From IMG/VR virus record IMGVR_UViG_3300036851_000016, positions 1 through 62,483 of that record: DNA of 62,483 bases. One strand, written 5' to 3'. Source of the DNA: a virus. Its lineage: Duplodnaviria; Caudoviricetes. Below are positions 37,570-48,249 of this stretch, piece after piece (the first letter of the stretch is position 1; each line of letters starts with the position of its first letter). Below the pieces are notes generated by a model that worked only from the letters and a program-made list of their open reading frames with translations, had not been told where the DNA came from and searched no databases. A program made the translations under genes and the position numbers.

Positions 37570-38832
37570 ATGGCTGTAGTTGAAGCTCAAGTAGCGGCTT
37601 TGGAACTGGAGAAAGTCCTTCCAAAGATTCGCGTCGCTTTTGAGCGAGACGATAAATTCTTCGCCAACATTAAGAAACGTGATGTTGAGAAGATTTCTAA
37701 TCGTCAAATGCGAATTCCGCTTGAACTTCGACCGGGTGGAAGCTTTCAGTATTTTAATCCTGATGGCGGAGACTTGGGACGAGGTGGTGGACCTACATTC
37801 GACAAGGCAGTAGTTACTGCTGTCTTCATGTCAGAGAACATTGAGTATACAAAGCTTACTCAGTGGTCAACTGATGATGAGCGCAAGGCTATTACTAATG
37901 GTGTTCGCAGACTTACTGCGTCAGCATTAGATGAAATGCGCCGTCAACTTGATGCCCAGATGATGCAGGATGGAACTGGTGTCGTAGGCACCATTTCTGC
38001 TGTATCATCTGCTGGCGGTGTTGATACTTATACACTTGGTTCAGATGGTTTTGGTGCGAAACTTGTTCGTTTCGGCCAGACTATCCAAGTATTCGATACT
38101 ACTCTTGCTACCCTTCGTGGTAGCGGAGTTATCACTAAGTGGGACGTAGCAAACAAGGTTATCGATGTAACTCCTGCAATCGCGGGTGCTGTTGCAACAG
38201 ATAAACTTGTTGTTAACGGTATTTCCAATCCTGCTTCCTTGCCTGCATTGTTTGGTGTGCCATATCATCACTCTAATGCTTCAGCAGGAACATGGCTTGG
38301 ATTTAGCCGTAGCACTACTCCTGAAATTCGTTCAAACAGGGTCAATGGTGGTGGTGGTGCATTAGCACTTCCATTGCCACGACTTGCTGTTAATAGAATC
38401 GGTGACAGGATTGGGATTGATAATGATTTCAATCCTCGCGCGTGGATGCATCCTGCACAGGTTCAGGCTTATGAGGAAATCGGCCAGCTTGTTATCATGA
38501 TTCAGAAACAAGCTAAGGACGAATCCTTGAATATGTATTTTGGTAATGGTAAGGGTAATGGCATGTCGATGGCTGGCATGAACGTTACTGCTTCCTTTAA
38601 CTGGGATAGAACTAGAATTGACTTGGTCGTTGACCAATTGTGGGGTCGCGGTGAAATTCTTCCCATTGGTTTCTATACAACTGATGGTCGTAGAATTTTT
38701 GAAATCCGTGGTCCTTCGGGTGGTGTTGTTACTGCTGACATCTTTTATATGGTGTGTGGTATGCAGACGTTCGTCTCGAACCCTGCTGGCACAGCATATA
38801 TTGATAACTTGGCAGTTCCAACTGGATATTAG
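37570..38832 (+). CDS. Major capsid protein
   Basis: 420 aa, AGGAG RBS, position after scaffold, HK97-like composition. Confidence 0.85.
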   Translation: MAVVEAQVAALELEKVLPKIRVAFERDDKFFANIKKRDVEKISNRQMRIPLELRPGGSFQYFNPDGGDLGRGGGPTFDKAVVTAVFMSENIEYTKLTQWSTDDERKAITNGVRRLTASALDEMRRQLDAQMMQDGTGVVGTISAVSSAGGVDTYTLGSDGFGAKLVRFGQTIQVFDTTLATLRGSGVITKWDVANKVIDVTPAIAGAVATDKLVVNGISNPASLPALFGVPYHHSNASAGTWLGFSRSTTPEIRSNRVNGGGGALALPLPRLAVNRIGDRIGIDNDFNPRAWMHPAQVQAYEEIGQLVIMIQKQAKDESLNMYFGNGKGNGMSMAGMNVTASFNWDRTRIDLVVDQLWGRGEILPIGFYTTDGRRIFEIRGPSGGVVTADIFYMVCGMQTFVSNPAGTAYIDNLAVPTGY

Positions 38833-38843
38833 GGGGAAAAATC

Positions 38844-39164
38844 ATGCCATCAAAAGACCTTTTGGCACAAGATTTTTGCACCTTCCAGGTTGAAAATCAG
38901 CCAAAACCACCTACTATTGCATCAGCAGCAACTATTGTTCCTGTGCATGGTCTAACCGTTGTATCAGGAGTTGTTGCTATTGCTAATATCACTCCACCTC
39001 TGGATGGTTTCCATGTGTTGTGGTTTATTCCAACTGGTGCGCTTCCTGCATTTCTTTTGACAGGAAACGTCGTCAATGCTGGAGCAGTATCTACTGCGAA
39101 CGTTCCATTTGCAGCAGTATACAATCCAGTAACTAAGAAGTATCACATTATGGCGAAAGCCTAG
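38844..39164 (+). CDS. Capsid decoration/virion protein
   Basis: Small beta-rich ORF after MCP. Confidence 0.55.
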   Translation: MPSKDLLAQDFCTFQVENQPKPPTIASAATIVPVHGLTVVSGVVAIANITPPLDGFHVLWFIPTGALPAFLLTGNVVNAGAVSTANVPFAAVYNPVTKKYHIMAKA

Positions 39165-39184
39165 CAGTGTCTGCGCCTACTGTT

Positions 39185-39225
39185 GCGAGCCAGGTTATAT
39201 TTATGGGGGAATTAACTTGGCTCGC
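39185..39225 (+). terminator. Stem-loop after head genes
   Basis: GCGAGCCAGGTTA/TAACTTGGCTCGC with G-U on + strand; T-run at 39234-39238. Confidence 0.5.
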
Positions 39226-39249
39226 TTCAGAGGTTTTTAAGGAGTAATC

Positions 39250-39438
39250 ATGGAAACTCAAGTTCGTGCAGAATTAGCAGCATTAAAAGGTGACAAAGCT
39301 AAATTGTCACAGCAATATTCCAATAGAATGGCTGAAGTTTTGAAGTCATATGGTGGTAACATTAGTGACCTACCAATTGACCCTTCAAATGAATACTATC
39401 AGATTCAGTCAAAGTTAAACATTCTGAGCAAAATCTAA
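39250..39438 (+). CDS. Hypothetical protein
   Basis: AAGGAG RBS. Confidence 0.65.
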   Translation: METQVRAELAALKGDKAKLSQQYSNRMAEVLKSYGGNISDLPIDPSNEYYQIQSKLNILSKI

Positions 39439-40022
39439 TGGAATATCCGACTTTACCTCAAGATATACAAACGATTAACCAGCAATTGATAGACCACTTT
39501 GGTGTGGATACAATTACTGGTAAAGCTATGTGGCGTGTATCTTGGGCTGGCGACCAAACTGAGAAAAGACTAACCAAATATACTGACCAAGGTGTAGAGT
39601 TACTTTTTCCTGAAGTATTGGAGAAAGTAAAATATCCTTGGATTAAGGGTCGATGGATTCTCGAAAGGCTAGTATTGGTTCCGATTATCAATCAGGATGA
39701 AATTCCTGCGGACCCACAATCATACGAGTGTATGTGGATTTTCGAGAGTCCAATCACCAACGAAGCAATTCCTCCTATATTCACAGCATGTAAGTTTGTT
39801 GTGGATACTGTTTACGCTGCAATAGGTAAGTCGAGTATGGCGAAATACGTCGATGAAGAAGCTGCTAATCCTATCGAGGCAAAAGAGAAAAGGATTAATC
39901 AGCTAGTAGATGAACTATATGGGGAAGAATCTTCACTTCTGTTACGGACCAAGACAGGTGAAGCAGTAGCTTATACTGGCCCCACACCATTTGGTCCCAA
40001 TGAATCAAAGGAGCCTAATTAA
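39438..40022 (+). CDS. Hypothetical virion-morphogenesis protein
   Basis: TAATG coupling in the late operon. Confidence 0.65.
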   Translation: MEYPTLPQDIQTINQQLIDHFGVDTITGKAMWRVSWAGDQTEKRLTKYTDQGVELLFPEVLEKVKYPWIKGRWILERLVLVPIINQDEIPADPQSYECMWIFESPITNEAIPPIFTACKFVVDTVYAAIGKSSMAKYVDEEAANPIEAKEKRINQLVDELYGEESSLLLRTKTGEAVAYTGPTPFGPNESKEPN

Positions 40023-40765
40023 TGCCGCAAGCTACAGTCGTAGGACAATTCCCAACACATCGTAGGACTATTCGTGGACCTGTCAATCCATTGGATAAGT
40101 CAACTATTGTTTCAATCTTTCCAAAGGAAATTGAAGAAAGAAAACCGACCATTCAACCAGGAGTCTTTAAGATTCCTGCGGGTTCATACGAGAATCCTGC
40201 TATTCTTGTAGTGGGTCCGTCGTCATGGTGGAGAGATATTGACGAGGAACAACCGCTACTTGAAATTCCAGTTTCGAGTATTCAGATTGCAGATTCTGTT
40301 GTGAAGGATTATTGCAACGGAATTCTTGCATGTAATATGGATACTCACATGCCCGGTATGTTTTATGTTCCAGGTTCTCAGCAGGATTCTAAAGGTGTAG
40401 TTGACCATAAAGCTACACTGGAATGGATTAAGAAAAACTTTAAGGCTGAACTTGATGCCGCTAAAGTTAGACAGAATAATTGGTATTCACTATTGCTTAG
40501 ACTTGCTGATTCACTGTGGGCACGTTCTAATGGCAATCCTCTCGCTATCGCTGATGATATGCGATTGGCTGCTAAAGAACTGCAACAGGAAGGTAAGAAA
40601 GACTGGATGAAAGATTTCCAGATGGTTGATATGGTGCGTTGCAAGGCTTGTGGAAGTCTCAAGAATCCACAATTCCCTGTTTGTGCATCATGTCATTTCC
40701 CTGACCCTGAGCATCCATTGACAAAAGAAATTATGGCTGCTCGTAATAACATGCCAAAGGCGTAA
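40022..40765 (+). CDS. Hypothetical protein with C-terminal zinc ribbon
   Basis: CKAC and CASC; coupled start. Confidence 0.7.
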   Translation: MPQATVVGQFPTHRRTIRGPVNPLDKSTIVSIFPKEIEERKPTIQPGVFKIPAGSYENPAILVVGPSSWWRDIDEEQPLLEIPVSSIQIADSVVKDYCNGILACNMDTHMPGMFYVPGSQQDSKGVVDHKATLEWIKKNFKAELDAAKVRQNNWYSLLLRLADSLWARSNGNPLAIADDMRLAAKELQQEGKKDWMKDFQMVDMVRCKACGSLKNPQFPVCASCHFPDPEHPLTKEIMAARNNMPKA

Positions 40766-40767
40766 CA

Positions 40768-41484
40768 ATGTCAGCACCTGATTTAACAGCGGCGCAAGTA
40801 ATGAATCTTTCAGCAGCATTGCTGAATGACCCTAATAGGACTAAGTATACCTATACGGTTCAAATTCCTTACTTGCGTATGGCTATGCAAGAGTTGCAGG
40901 AACATTTTGAACAGAATGGTATACCTTCAACTAAGAAAGTCTCCGCTGTTATTCAGGTGAATGCCAACGTTACTGCTATAACCTACAATGCAGCAGGAAC
41001 CCCCACTAATCCTAGATTACCGGATGATATGGTGGAACCTGCTCAATTGTGGGAGCGTGCGCGAGGAATTGACCCATACGTTCCAATGACTAAAAGAGAT
41101 TATCTTCCACACGATTTGGAAGGTGTTCAAATCTCACAATTTCTATACTATACATGGAATGACCAGAAGATTGAGTTTCTTCCGGCCAATGCCAATAATG
41201 ACATCAAAATTGATTACATCAAGGAATTGTTTTCAAACATCAATTCGATTGATGAGAATACACAAATCAACATCATTAATGCAGCAACTTTCTTGGAATA
41301 CAGAACTGCTGCATTAGTTGCTGAGTTTATAGAAAGGAATAAAACAGCTTCTGATGGATTGAATGTATACGCCGTATTTGGTTCTGACAGAGTTACCAGT
41401 ATCGGCGTAAAGGGTAAACAGAATATCTTCACAAGGAGAAAACCATTTCGTTCTAGCTACAAACGTCGTGGTTGGGTAACTTAG
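40768..41484 (+). CDS. Head-tail adaptor protein (tail tubular A-like)
   Basis: Size, position, N-terminal helix LLND and LPDD pattern. Confidence 0.6.
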   Translation: MSAPDLTAAQVMNLSAALLNDPNRTKYTYTVQIPYLRMAMQELQEHFEQNGIPSTKKVSAVIQVNANVTAITYNAAGTPTNPRLPDDMVEPAQLWERARGIDPYVPMTKRDYLPHDLEGVQISQFLYYTWNDQKIEFLPANANNDIKIDYIKELFSNINSIDENTQINIINAATFLEYRTAALVAEFIERNKTASDGLNVYAVFGSDRVTSIGVKGKQNIFTRRKPFRSSYKRRGWVT

Positions 41485-41530
41485 TTTCTGTTCCTATCAT
41501 AAAGATAGGAATGTCCAAAAGGATGGAAAC

Positions 41531-42028
41531 ATGAGCTACAACAGAGGACAGGGACAGTTCGGGCGTGGTAATATTTGGACTATGATTCGTCAGTTAACTG
41601 ATGCACAGGGTTCTATTAACCCTTCAATGCAATCAGGTGCTGGCGGATTACAAACTGCAAAAGCTACCTATGATTTCGCAGTTGATGGTGGTGCAGTTGG
41701 CACCATTACACTGAAAAATTCTCCAGTAATTCCTGCCGGTGCTATCATTTTAGGTGGCATCGAACATGGTATTACACTTCCCACTTCAGGTGGTGCTGCT
41801 ACTATTGCCATTGGATTTGGTTCTGGTGCTCAGTCTGCACTATTGAAAGCTGCTACTGCAATCGCATCGTATGTAGCAGGAGTGCCCAGAGAATTAATTC
41901 CAAAGTGGACTTCGGCTACCATCTTCAAAGTCACTACTGAAGGTAAAATAACTATTACTGTTGCTACTGCTGCCTTAACCGCAGGCAAATTTGATATTCA
42001 CATTGTTTATGTGATGGGCGGTGAATAG
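41531..42028 (+). CDS. Virion structural/spike-base-like protein
   Basis: YDFAVDGGA, IPAGA.I, ALTAGK pattern. Confidence 0.55.
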   Translation: MSYNRGQGQFGRGNIWTMIRQLTDAQGSINPSMQSGAGGLQTAKATYDFAVDGGAVGTITLKNSPVIPAGAIILGGIEHGITLPTSGGAATIAIGFGSGAQSALLKAATAIASYVAGVPRELIPKWTSATIFKVTTEGKITITVATAALTAGKFDIHIVYVMGGE

Positions 42029-42030
42029 TA

Positions 42031-43545
42031 ATGTCGTTCAGGGACCATAATCCTATTGCTCTGGAAGAATTTAATGGTCTGTGGGACCAAAATGACATAG
42101 AGTCTACCCCACTAGACCATTTTTCTGAATGCCAGAACATTAAGTATATTGGTCCTCGCGCATTTGGGACAAGGGATGGAATCGCTAGACATCAGAATAT
42201 CGGTTCCCCCTTGTCCAACATACTACGAATGTATAACTATCCGACAACGGATAAAAATACATTACTCGTTCTAGTAGCTAATGGTGCTAATGGTGAGATA
42301 TATCATGTTGTGGATGAAACCACAATGTTTGGTCCTATTCTCACTATTGCAGGAATGACCGATTTTGGATTTGCTCCATATAACGGTCGTGCATACATTA
42401 CCCCTTTCTTCACGGAATTAATTGGGGGACTAAATCGTGAAAGAGGACTTCAGAATGAATTCCTCTATGTTTACAAAGGTGACGGAACTGCTGCTAGGAA
42501 AGCAGGGGGAAATCCACCCTCTTCAAATATTACTGTTACTAATGGTGCTGCTGGTCATACTGATGCTGGCGTGCATATATTTGGTTATGTATATGAAACT
42601 GATACCGGCTACCTTACTGCGCCCGGTGGTTTGGTAGCACATACTACTGCTGCATTACAAGAAGTAGATTTTACTAACGTAGCTAATAGCGCACAAGCAT
42701 TCGTAGTTAAGAAGCATATTGTTGCTTCTAAAGTAATCCAGAACTATAATGGAGACGTGAATGGATATACTCTCTATTTCATTCCCGGTGCAACTATACC
42801 TAATAACGTTACTACTAATCTTGACAATATCAGCTTTTTTGATGCTGATTTACTTTTGGACGCGAGTCATCTTGCTGATAATTTTGCAGAAATCAAAGCA
42901 GGAGTAGGACTCTGTATTTACCACAATCGTATGTGTTTGTGGACTGAGTATGACAATATCTCATTGATTCGCGTATCTGCTGTAGGTGAACCAGAAGCTT
43001 TTAATCAAATTGATGGCTTCTGTTTGTTCCCACCAGATGGTAATCCTATTACTAATTGCGCTGAGTTGAGAGATGTTCTCTACTCAATGAAACGAGCCAA
43101 AACCGTAGCATTTACAGATAATGGTGGTGCTCCTTCATCATGGCCTCTTACAGCAGTTGATAACGCTATGGGCTGTGGTGTTCATGGAATTGCATCCGTT
43201 ATCGATTCAGGTTCATCTAACGTAGATTTCCTGATGGTTTGCACATATACAGGTATTACACTATTTAATGGTAGATATATTCTACCAGAACTAAGTTGGA
43301 AAATTTGGAATCTTTGGCAGAATCAAACCTTCAAAACAGATAACAGAAGGATTCAAATTGTCAACGATTCTACTCAACAATTGATTTACTGTGTAATGAC
43401 TGATAGACAACTATTGTATGCTGACTATGCAAATGGATTAGACCCTAAGAAAATTCGTTGGTCGCCTTATACATTTGATGCATTTGTAAACACAATTGCA
43501 TTGTGGAAGATTAACGAGCTTTTAATTGGTGCGGACCAGACATGA
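42031..43545 (+). CDS. Tail nozzle/DNA stabilisation protein (P22 gp10/T7 gp12-like)
   Basis: EFNGL N-terminus, YHNRM...IRVS..GEPE.F propeller pattern. Confidence 0.65.
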   Translation: MSFRDHNPIALEEFNGLWDQNDIESTPLDHFSECQNIKYIGPRAFGTRDGIARHQNIGSPLSNILRMYNYPTTDKNTLLVLVANGANGEIYHVVDETTMFGPILTIAGMTDFGFAPYNGRAYITPFFTELIGGLNRERGLQNEFLYVYKGDGTAARKAGGNPPSSNITVTNGAAGHTDAGVHIFGYVYETDTGYLTAPGGLVAHTTAALQEVDFTNVANSAQAFVVKKHIVASKVIQNYNGDVNGYTLYFIPGATIPNNVTTNLDNISFFDADLLLDASHLADNFAEIKAGVGLCIYHNRMCLWTEYDNISLIRVSAVGEPEAFNQIDGFCLFPPDGNPITNCAELRDVLYSMKRAKTVAFTDNGGAPSSWPLTAVDNAMGCGVHGIASVIDSGSSNVDFLMVCTYTGITLFNGRYILPELSWKIWNLWQNQTFKTDNRRIQIVNDSTQQLIYCVMTDRQLLYADYANGLDPKKIRWSPYTFDAFVNTIALWKINELLIGADQT

Positions 43546-43952
43546 GCCTAATAGTTCCAAATGCGTTGGAAGTTGAGATTCTCACTGAGAAACTCACTCC
43601 AGCGTTAACCTTAAAGCTATATGGAAATAATGTCACTCCTACTGGTGCCAGCACCGCTGCATCTTTTACTGAAATAGCAGGTGGTGGATACGCAAGTAAA
43701 CCACTCACATTTGCTAATTGGGGTATTGTAGCTGGTGACCCTTCAATAGCAACTTACAATGCCATGCAAGAATGGACTTTTACTGGTGTCATTAATGCTC
43801 CAGGAACTATCTATGGCTATTTTGTAACTAGAAATAGTGATGGAAAGTTAATGTGGGCTGAGCGTTTTCCAGCAGCTAATGTTCCATTTGCACCAATTGC
43901 AGGAAGTTTAATTAGAGTGCTTCCGAAATTCACAGCGCAGAGTCAATTCTAA
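43542..43952 (+). CDS. Tail fibre attachment-like protein
   Basis: LKLY.N..TP...FTE..GGGYA...IYGYFV...L.WAERF. Confidence 0.6.
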   Translation: MSLIVPNALEVEILTEKLTPALTLKLYGNNVTPTGASTAASFTEIAGGGYASKPLTFANWGIVAGDPSIATYNAMQEWTFTGVINAPGTIYGYFVTRNSDGKLMWAERFPAANVPFAPIAGSLIRVLPKFTAQSQF

Positions 43953-46822
43953 TGGCCCAAATTACTGTCTACATGAACTACACGATATTTTTTCAGAGTG
44001 AATCTGATTATAATAGTGCTGTAGCTATTGCTGGCAGTCCCATTCTAGAAATGTGTCCTGCTGACGCAGCGGCACTTTTTGGAATACCTTACGGTCCACT
44101 TCCTTCTGGTGATTTAGATGCAATTCCAAAAGGAATGTATCAAGGTGGATGGAATCTTGAAGCTCCATTCACTGAGATAAAGTTTCCTAATCCTTCTGGA
44201 ATATTTGCTGATGCTTCGGTTAATTCTGTATTAGTTCCGGGTCAAGCAGGTAGTCCTGCATCTATATTTCCTGCCGGACCTGATGGATTACACGTATGGT
44301 CAGCAACCATTATTAGAACTAGGGCTGCTGGTGCAGGTATAAGTCCACCTGTTAACGCTATTTCACAACGGCGTTGGGTATGCGGATTTGAACATGCATC
44401 AGACTTAGATGGTTCGTCGAGTAATGCTGTTGGTGACTTTAGTAGAGATGCATCGCGCACATTAGAAGGATGTGGTTTGCGCGCGGGTGGTCCCAATAAT
44501 AGATTTCTAACTAATACGATGATTATGTTGAGGGGTGGAGCTAACCCCAAAACACATTGGGATAGATTTTACTTTAGAGCAAGATTTACTCCCCCTGCTG
44601 CATCTAGTAATATTGGAATGTGGCGTGCTACCTGTAGCCTTGGTTCTACTATGGGAGCACAATTAAATTATGAATCTTCTGGTAATATTGTTTTATATAA
44701 CATCAATAATGGTGGAGCTTTTTTCAATAAAGGAACTGTTTTTACTCCTGTTGTAAATCAATGGTATAGATTTGACGTTCTTACTCGGTCAGGTAATCCG
44801 GGTAATGGTGTAGTTCAAGTTTATATTAATGGAGTATTTGCACTAGGATTTACTGATAGCACAAATGAAGGTATAGGAACTGGTGGAGATTTAGTTTCAA
44901 TAATACTTGGTCAAAATGCTACCAATACAAATCTTGGTGAAATTGACCTTGATGATTGGATTGGTGCTGATTTACCAACTAATGTTGACGCTAATACATT
45001 AAATTTTGTTGACTCTAACTTTCCAATTGATTGGTTACTTGGTTCTCATGTTCGTAGACTTACTTCTGAATCTGCTTCATTAGTAAATTGGACACCTAAT
45101 TCATTTGGGTCGCTGAATGGAGATATTAATCCTACACGTTTTGATGCCTTAGGAATTCCTGTAGGATTAGCTAGTTCTACATCTGGTGCACAAATACAGG
45201 GTTTGACTGATGCTCCATTACAGAGTGTTCAAGATAGAATTGGACTCTGTTTAGGTGTTGCTTCAGGTGTTCTAACCATATATAGTAGAAATTCTGGTGG
45301 CAGTGATGGTCAACTTGGTTATAGATTAGCTGGTGGTGCAGTTGTTCAATCTGTAATCAATCAATTTCCGTCTAATAATGGAAATTTTGTTGGTTATCTT
45401 CCATCAGGTATGATTTTACCTGCTGAGGCATCTCCATTTTCAGTAGTTCATACTAAATCTGCTGATGCAAATACTGATACTACTTTTTGTTTAGCAGCTT
45501 GTGTTGAATATTTAGGAGTGTTTGGGCTAGAAGATGACCCTGTTATAACACTTCCAATGAATAGAAATCTTTTACATAATTGTAATTATCCAAATAGTGA
45601 ATTTGGATTTAGAGCATCACTTCCGGCTGAACCTGTATTTGCAGCAGGTGGAACTTATGTAGGAAATGGCACTACACAAAACATAATTACACCTGGTCCG
45701 GCTCATTTCATTTATATTCGTAGAACTAATAGCTCAAATGGTTGCATCTGGTTTGGAACCAGTTTAGGAGCTTCATTTATTGGTAGTAATGATGTGCTTT
45801 CATTCCTACGAGCAGGTTTTGATGCTGCTACTGGACAATATTTCTTTCAAGTAAACAGTAACAGTGCCGATATAAATCTAAATGCGGTTACTTACCAATA
45901 TATTGTATTTTGTGACCCCGGTGCGCGTTTCAACATTTGTGGTGTATACGCACACGCAAATGGTTCAGTAACGCCAAAAGCCAATGTTATACCACAAACC
46001 GGATTCCTACCTGATTTTGGATTTATTCAGGATAATTTAATCCAATCAGGTGGTGGAACTGGTAATGGTATTTGGTTTAAGGGACCGGGTATTACTGCTA
46101 ATGCTGCCATCAGACTTGCCGCTGATGGAAATAATAACAACGTAATGAATTTTGCATCAGGAATACTGAATACATTTTCTGATGTTCATAATATGGGCAA
46201 TCGAAATAATTGGGTATATTCACTTTGGAGAACTGCTGATAGTGGTTCTGGTGGATGTGCTAATGTAATGATTCAAGCTACTACTTATGTAGGTAATGGT
46301 GTAAATCCTCGTAATATTCCACTTACACCTACATCTGGTAGGATGCCACTATTTGTATGGGTTCAGCGTAATGGTGGAAATGGTGTATTCCGTGACCCCT
46401 CCCATGCTGGAGCTAATAGTTCTACTTCATCTAATTTTGGTAATACTGCTACAGGAATTACAGCGGTTGCAGTAGACCAAATTACTGTTAGTTCTGATGT
46501 TAATGTAAATGGTCAAACATATACTGTTTGGGCTATTTGCGGTGCTGTTGGTGGAATGACTAATGGCACATATTTTCCAACATACTGCGTTCCTCCGGGT
46601 GGAACTCCACCAAGTCCACCAGAGGGTGATATTATTCTTGTAACTGAGGGTGGATTAATCTTTAATGGAACTACTCCATTATTGATGTTACAAGATGTAG
46701 GGGGTATCTACACATTAGTTCCTGGCAAGCTGAATGATACGCTACAGGATACTCAAACAGGGCAACCTAGTGTAGATGTGCCTATTTTACCTATAGCGAA
46801 AACGGGGTATATAGGTGGCTAA
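43952..46822 (+). CDS. Large tail/receptor-binding protein with lectin (LamG)-like region; spans the A/B junction
   Basis: 956 aa G/N/S/T-rich; NQWYRFDV, VQVYING; repeated TYVGNG. Confidence 0.7.
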   Translation: MAQITVYMNYTIFFQSESDYNSAVAIAGSPILEMCPADAAALFGIPYGPLPSGDLDAIPKGMYQGGWNLEAPFTEIKFPNPSGIFADASVNSVLVPGQAGSPASIFPAGPDGLHVWSATIIRTRAAGAGISPPVNAISQRRWVCGFEHASDLDGSSSNAVGDFSRDASRTLEGCGLRAGGPNNRFLTNTMIMLRGGANPKTHWDRFYFRARFTPPAASSNIGMWRATCSLGSTMGAQLNYESSGNIVLYNINNGGAFFNKGTVFTPVVNQWYRFDVLTRSGNPGNGVVQVYINGVFALGFTDSTNEGIGTGGDLVSIILGQNATNTNLGEIDLDDWIGADLPTNVDANTLNFVDSNFPIDWLLGSHVRRLTSESASLVNWTPNSFGSLNGDINPTRFDALGIPVGLASSTSGAQIQGLTDAPLQSVQDRIGLCLGVASGVLTIYSRNSGGSDGQLGYRLAGGAVVQSVINQFPSNNGNFVGYLPSGMILPAEASPFSVVHTKSADANTDTTFCLAACVEYLGVFGLEDDPVITLPMNRNLLHNCNYPNSEFGFRASLPAEPVFAAGGTYVGNGTTQNIITPGPAHFIYIRRTNSSNGCIWFGTSLGASFIGSNDVLSFLRAGFDAATGQYFFQVNSNSADINLNAVTYQYIVFCDPGARFNICGVYAHANGSVTPKANVIPQTGFLPDFGFIQDNLIQSGGGTGNGIWFKGPGITANAAIRLAADGNNNNVMNFASGILNTFSDVHNMGNRNNWVYSLWRTADSGSGGCANVMIQATTYVGNGVNPRNIPLTPTSGRMPLFVWVQRNGGNGVFRDPSHAGANSSTSSNFGNTATGITAVAVDQITVSSDVNVNGQTYTVWAICGAVGGMTNGTYFPTYCVPPGGTPPSPPEGDIILVTEGGLIFNGTTPLLMLQDVGGIYTLVPGKLNDTLQDTQTGQPSVDVPILPIAKTGYIGG

Positions 46823-47105
46823 ATCAGGTGGAGTTGAATCAGAACATCATGTTGTAGGTGTCAGATTGAGAGTAACTGGTGCTGGAAATTTACAGCATAG
46901 GTTATCTGGACTTGATGACATTATACAGCAAGATTTGGTTCCTATGCCTATGACAGCTACTGCTCGTATTGAACCTATGCGTCTGTCTAATATACAGGGA
47001 CAGAGAATTCGATACGAATTGTATACGACTGAATTAGATGAAACATTCCTGATTCGTCGTATCATCGTTTACGCGAAGGCTGTGGCTGTTGAATATCCAA
47101 CATAA
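46815..47105 (+). CDS. B homolog of 541..849
   Basis: EHHVVGVRLRVTGAGNLQ shared. Confidence 0.75.
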   Translation: MAKSGGVESEHHVVGVRLRVTGAGNLQHRLSGLDDIIQQDLVPMPMTATARIEPMRLSNIQGQRIRYELYTTELDETFLIRRIIVYAKAVAVEYPT

Positions 47106-47479
47106 TGGCTATTATTCCACAGTTAGACCGTCTACAGGCTCAGCTACTTACATCTGGTTTAAGCCAGAAAAATAGTGCTTTATATCAGGTCATTGACCAA
47201 TTAATCAAAGCATTAAGACAGGGAATAAATGAAGTAGAAGCTCAAGTAATTGCTATTACTCCTGCGCCTAGTGGTGGTGGGGGTGGTGGAACTATTATCA
47301 CTAGTTCAATGCCTATGGGTGATATTAGTGATGGAAATGAGGATAGTGACTGGAATTGGGGTCCACCTGGATTAAAAGGTGATACAGGCGCGCAAGGATT
47401 ACAAGGACCACCGGGAATGGATGGCGAAGATTGTGAATGTGAGTCTATGCCATTCGTAGGAACAGTGTTGTATCCATAA
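47105..47479 (+). CDS. B collagen-repeat tail protein
   Basis: Homolog of 849..1223. Confidence 0.75.
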   Translation: MAIIPQLDRLQAQLLTSGLSQKNSALYQVIDQLIKALRQGINEVEAQVIAITPAPSGGGGGGTIITSSMPMGDISDGNEDSDWNWGPPGLKGDTGAQGLQGPPGMDGEDCECESMPFVGTVLYP

Positions 47480-47913
47480 TGGGACCATTAATTACTCCCT
47501 TATATGGTAACTGGACACCCGTTCTAACATTTGAGACTCCGGGTGATTTAAGTGTAACTTACACTGTTCAATTAGGTAGGTTCATAAAAATAGGAAAGTT
47601 AGTAATTCTAACTGGACAAATTTCAACTTCTGCATTTACTCATACTACTGCAAGTGGTGATGCACGTATCACTGGATTACCATTTACTTCAGCTAACGTA
47701 GCAAATCTTGTTCATACTGGAACATTTCTTTATGAAGGAATTACTAAAGCCGGTTTTATGGCATTTTATCCCGAAATTACGTCGAATGTGGCATATATAG
47801 AATTTCGAGCTGTAGGAACTGGAGTTTCACTCGGTGCTATTCAAGCAGGAGATTTACCATCGGGTGGTTCTGTAACCTTTAGATTCGAAATTGTATATAT
47901 GGCAGCATCTTAA
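47479..47913 (+). CDS. B fibre tip domain (divergent allele)
   Basis: WTP, QLG, GKLV, GLPF shared with 1220..1651. Confidence 0.65.
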   Translation: MGPLITPLYGNWTPVLTFETPGDLSVTYTVQLGRFIKIGKLVILTGQISTSAFTHTTASGDARITGLPFTSANVANLVHTGTFLYEGITKAGFMAFYPEITSNVAYIEFRAVGTGVSLGAIQAGDLPSGGSVTFRFEIVYMAAS

Positions 47914-47922
47914 GAGGATAAC

Positions 47923-48249
47923 ATGGCAAAAGTTCAAGTTAGAATGGCTGGTCCCGCACAAGTTTCTAACGCTGCTGCGACCAAATATACAGTTCCTGCT
48001 AATAGGAGAGGAATTGTAAGACATGTGCATGTGCAGAATCCCTCTGGTGCTGCTGTAACATTCACTATGTCTATTGGTGCTGATGCTGCTGGCACTCGTA
48101 TATTCGATGCCTTTAGCATTGGTGCAGGACAAGTTCTAGACCACTATTGTTATTATATTCTTGCTGCTGCTGAAATCATCCAAGCATTAGCAGGAACTAA
48201 TAACATTCTTACCCTCACTATCGATGGTGATGAGGAAGTGCTTGCGTAA
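47923..48249 (+). CDS. B small virion protein
   Basis: Nearly identical to 1660..1986. Confidence 0.75.
   Translation: MAKVQVRMAGPAQVSNAAATKYTVPANRRGIVRHVHVQNPSGAAVTFTMSIGADAAGTRIFDAFSIGAGQVLDHYCYYILAAAEIIQALAGTNNILTLTIDGDEEVLA

Larger units (their letters stand above)
1..46274. mobile_element. Phage genome unit A, apparently complete and circularly permuted
   Basis: Full packaging, head, tail, lysis and replication gene set. Window start recurs at 46275; joining 46274 to 1 restores a 956-codon tail ORF in frame. No integrase or host genes seen. Confidence 0.85.

Noticed and set aside
46275-46580. Near-identical repeat in a tail gene as a DGR template/variable pair
   Set aside because: No reverse transcriptase; differences are mostly third-position and not adenine-specific; homology continues for 16 kb.
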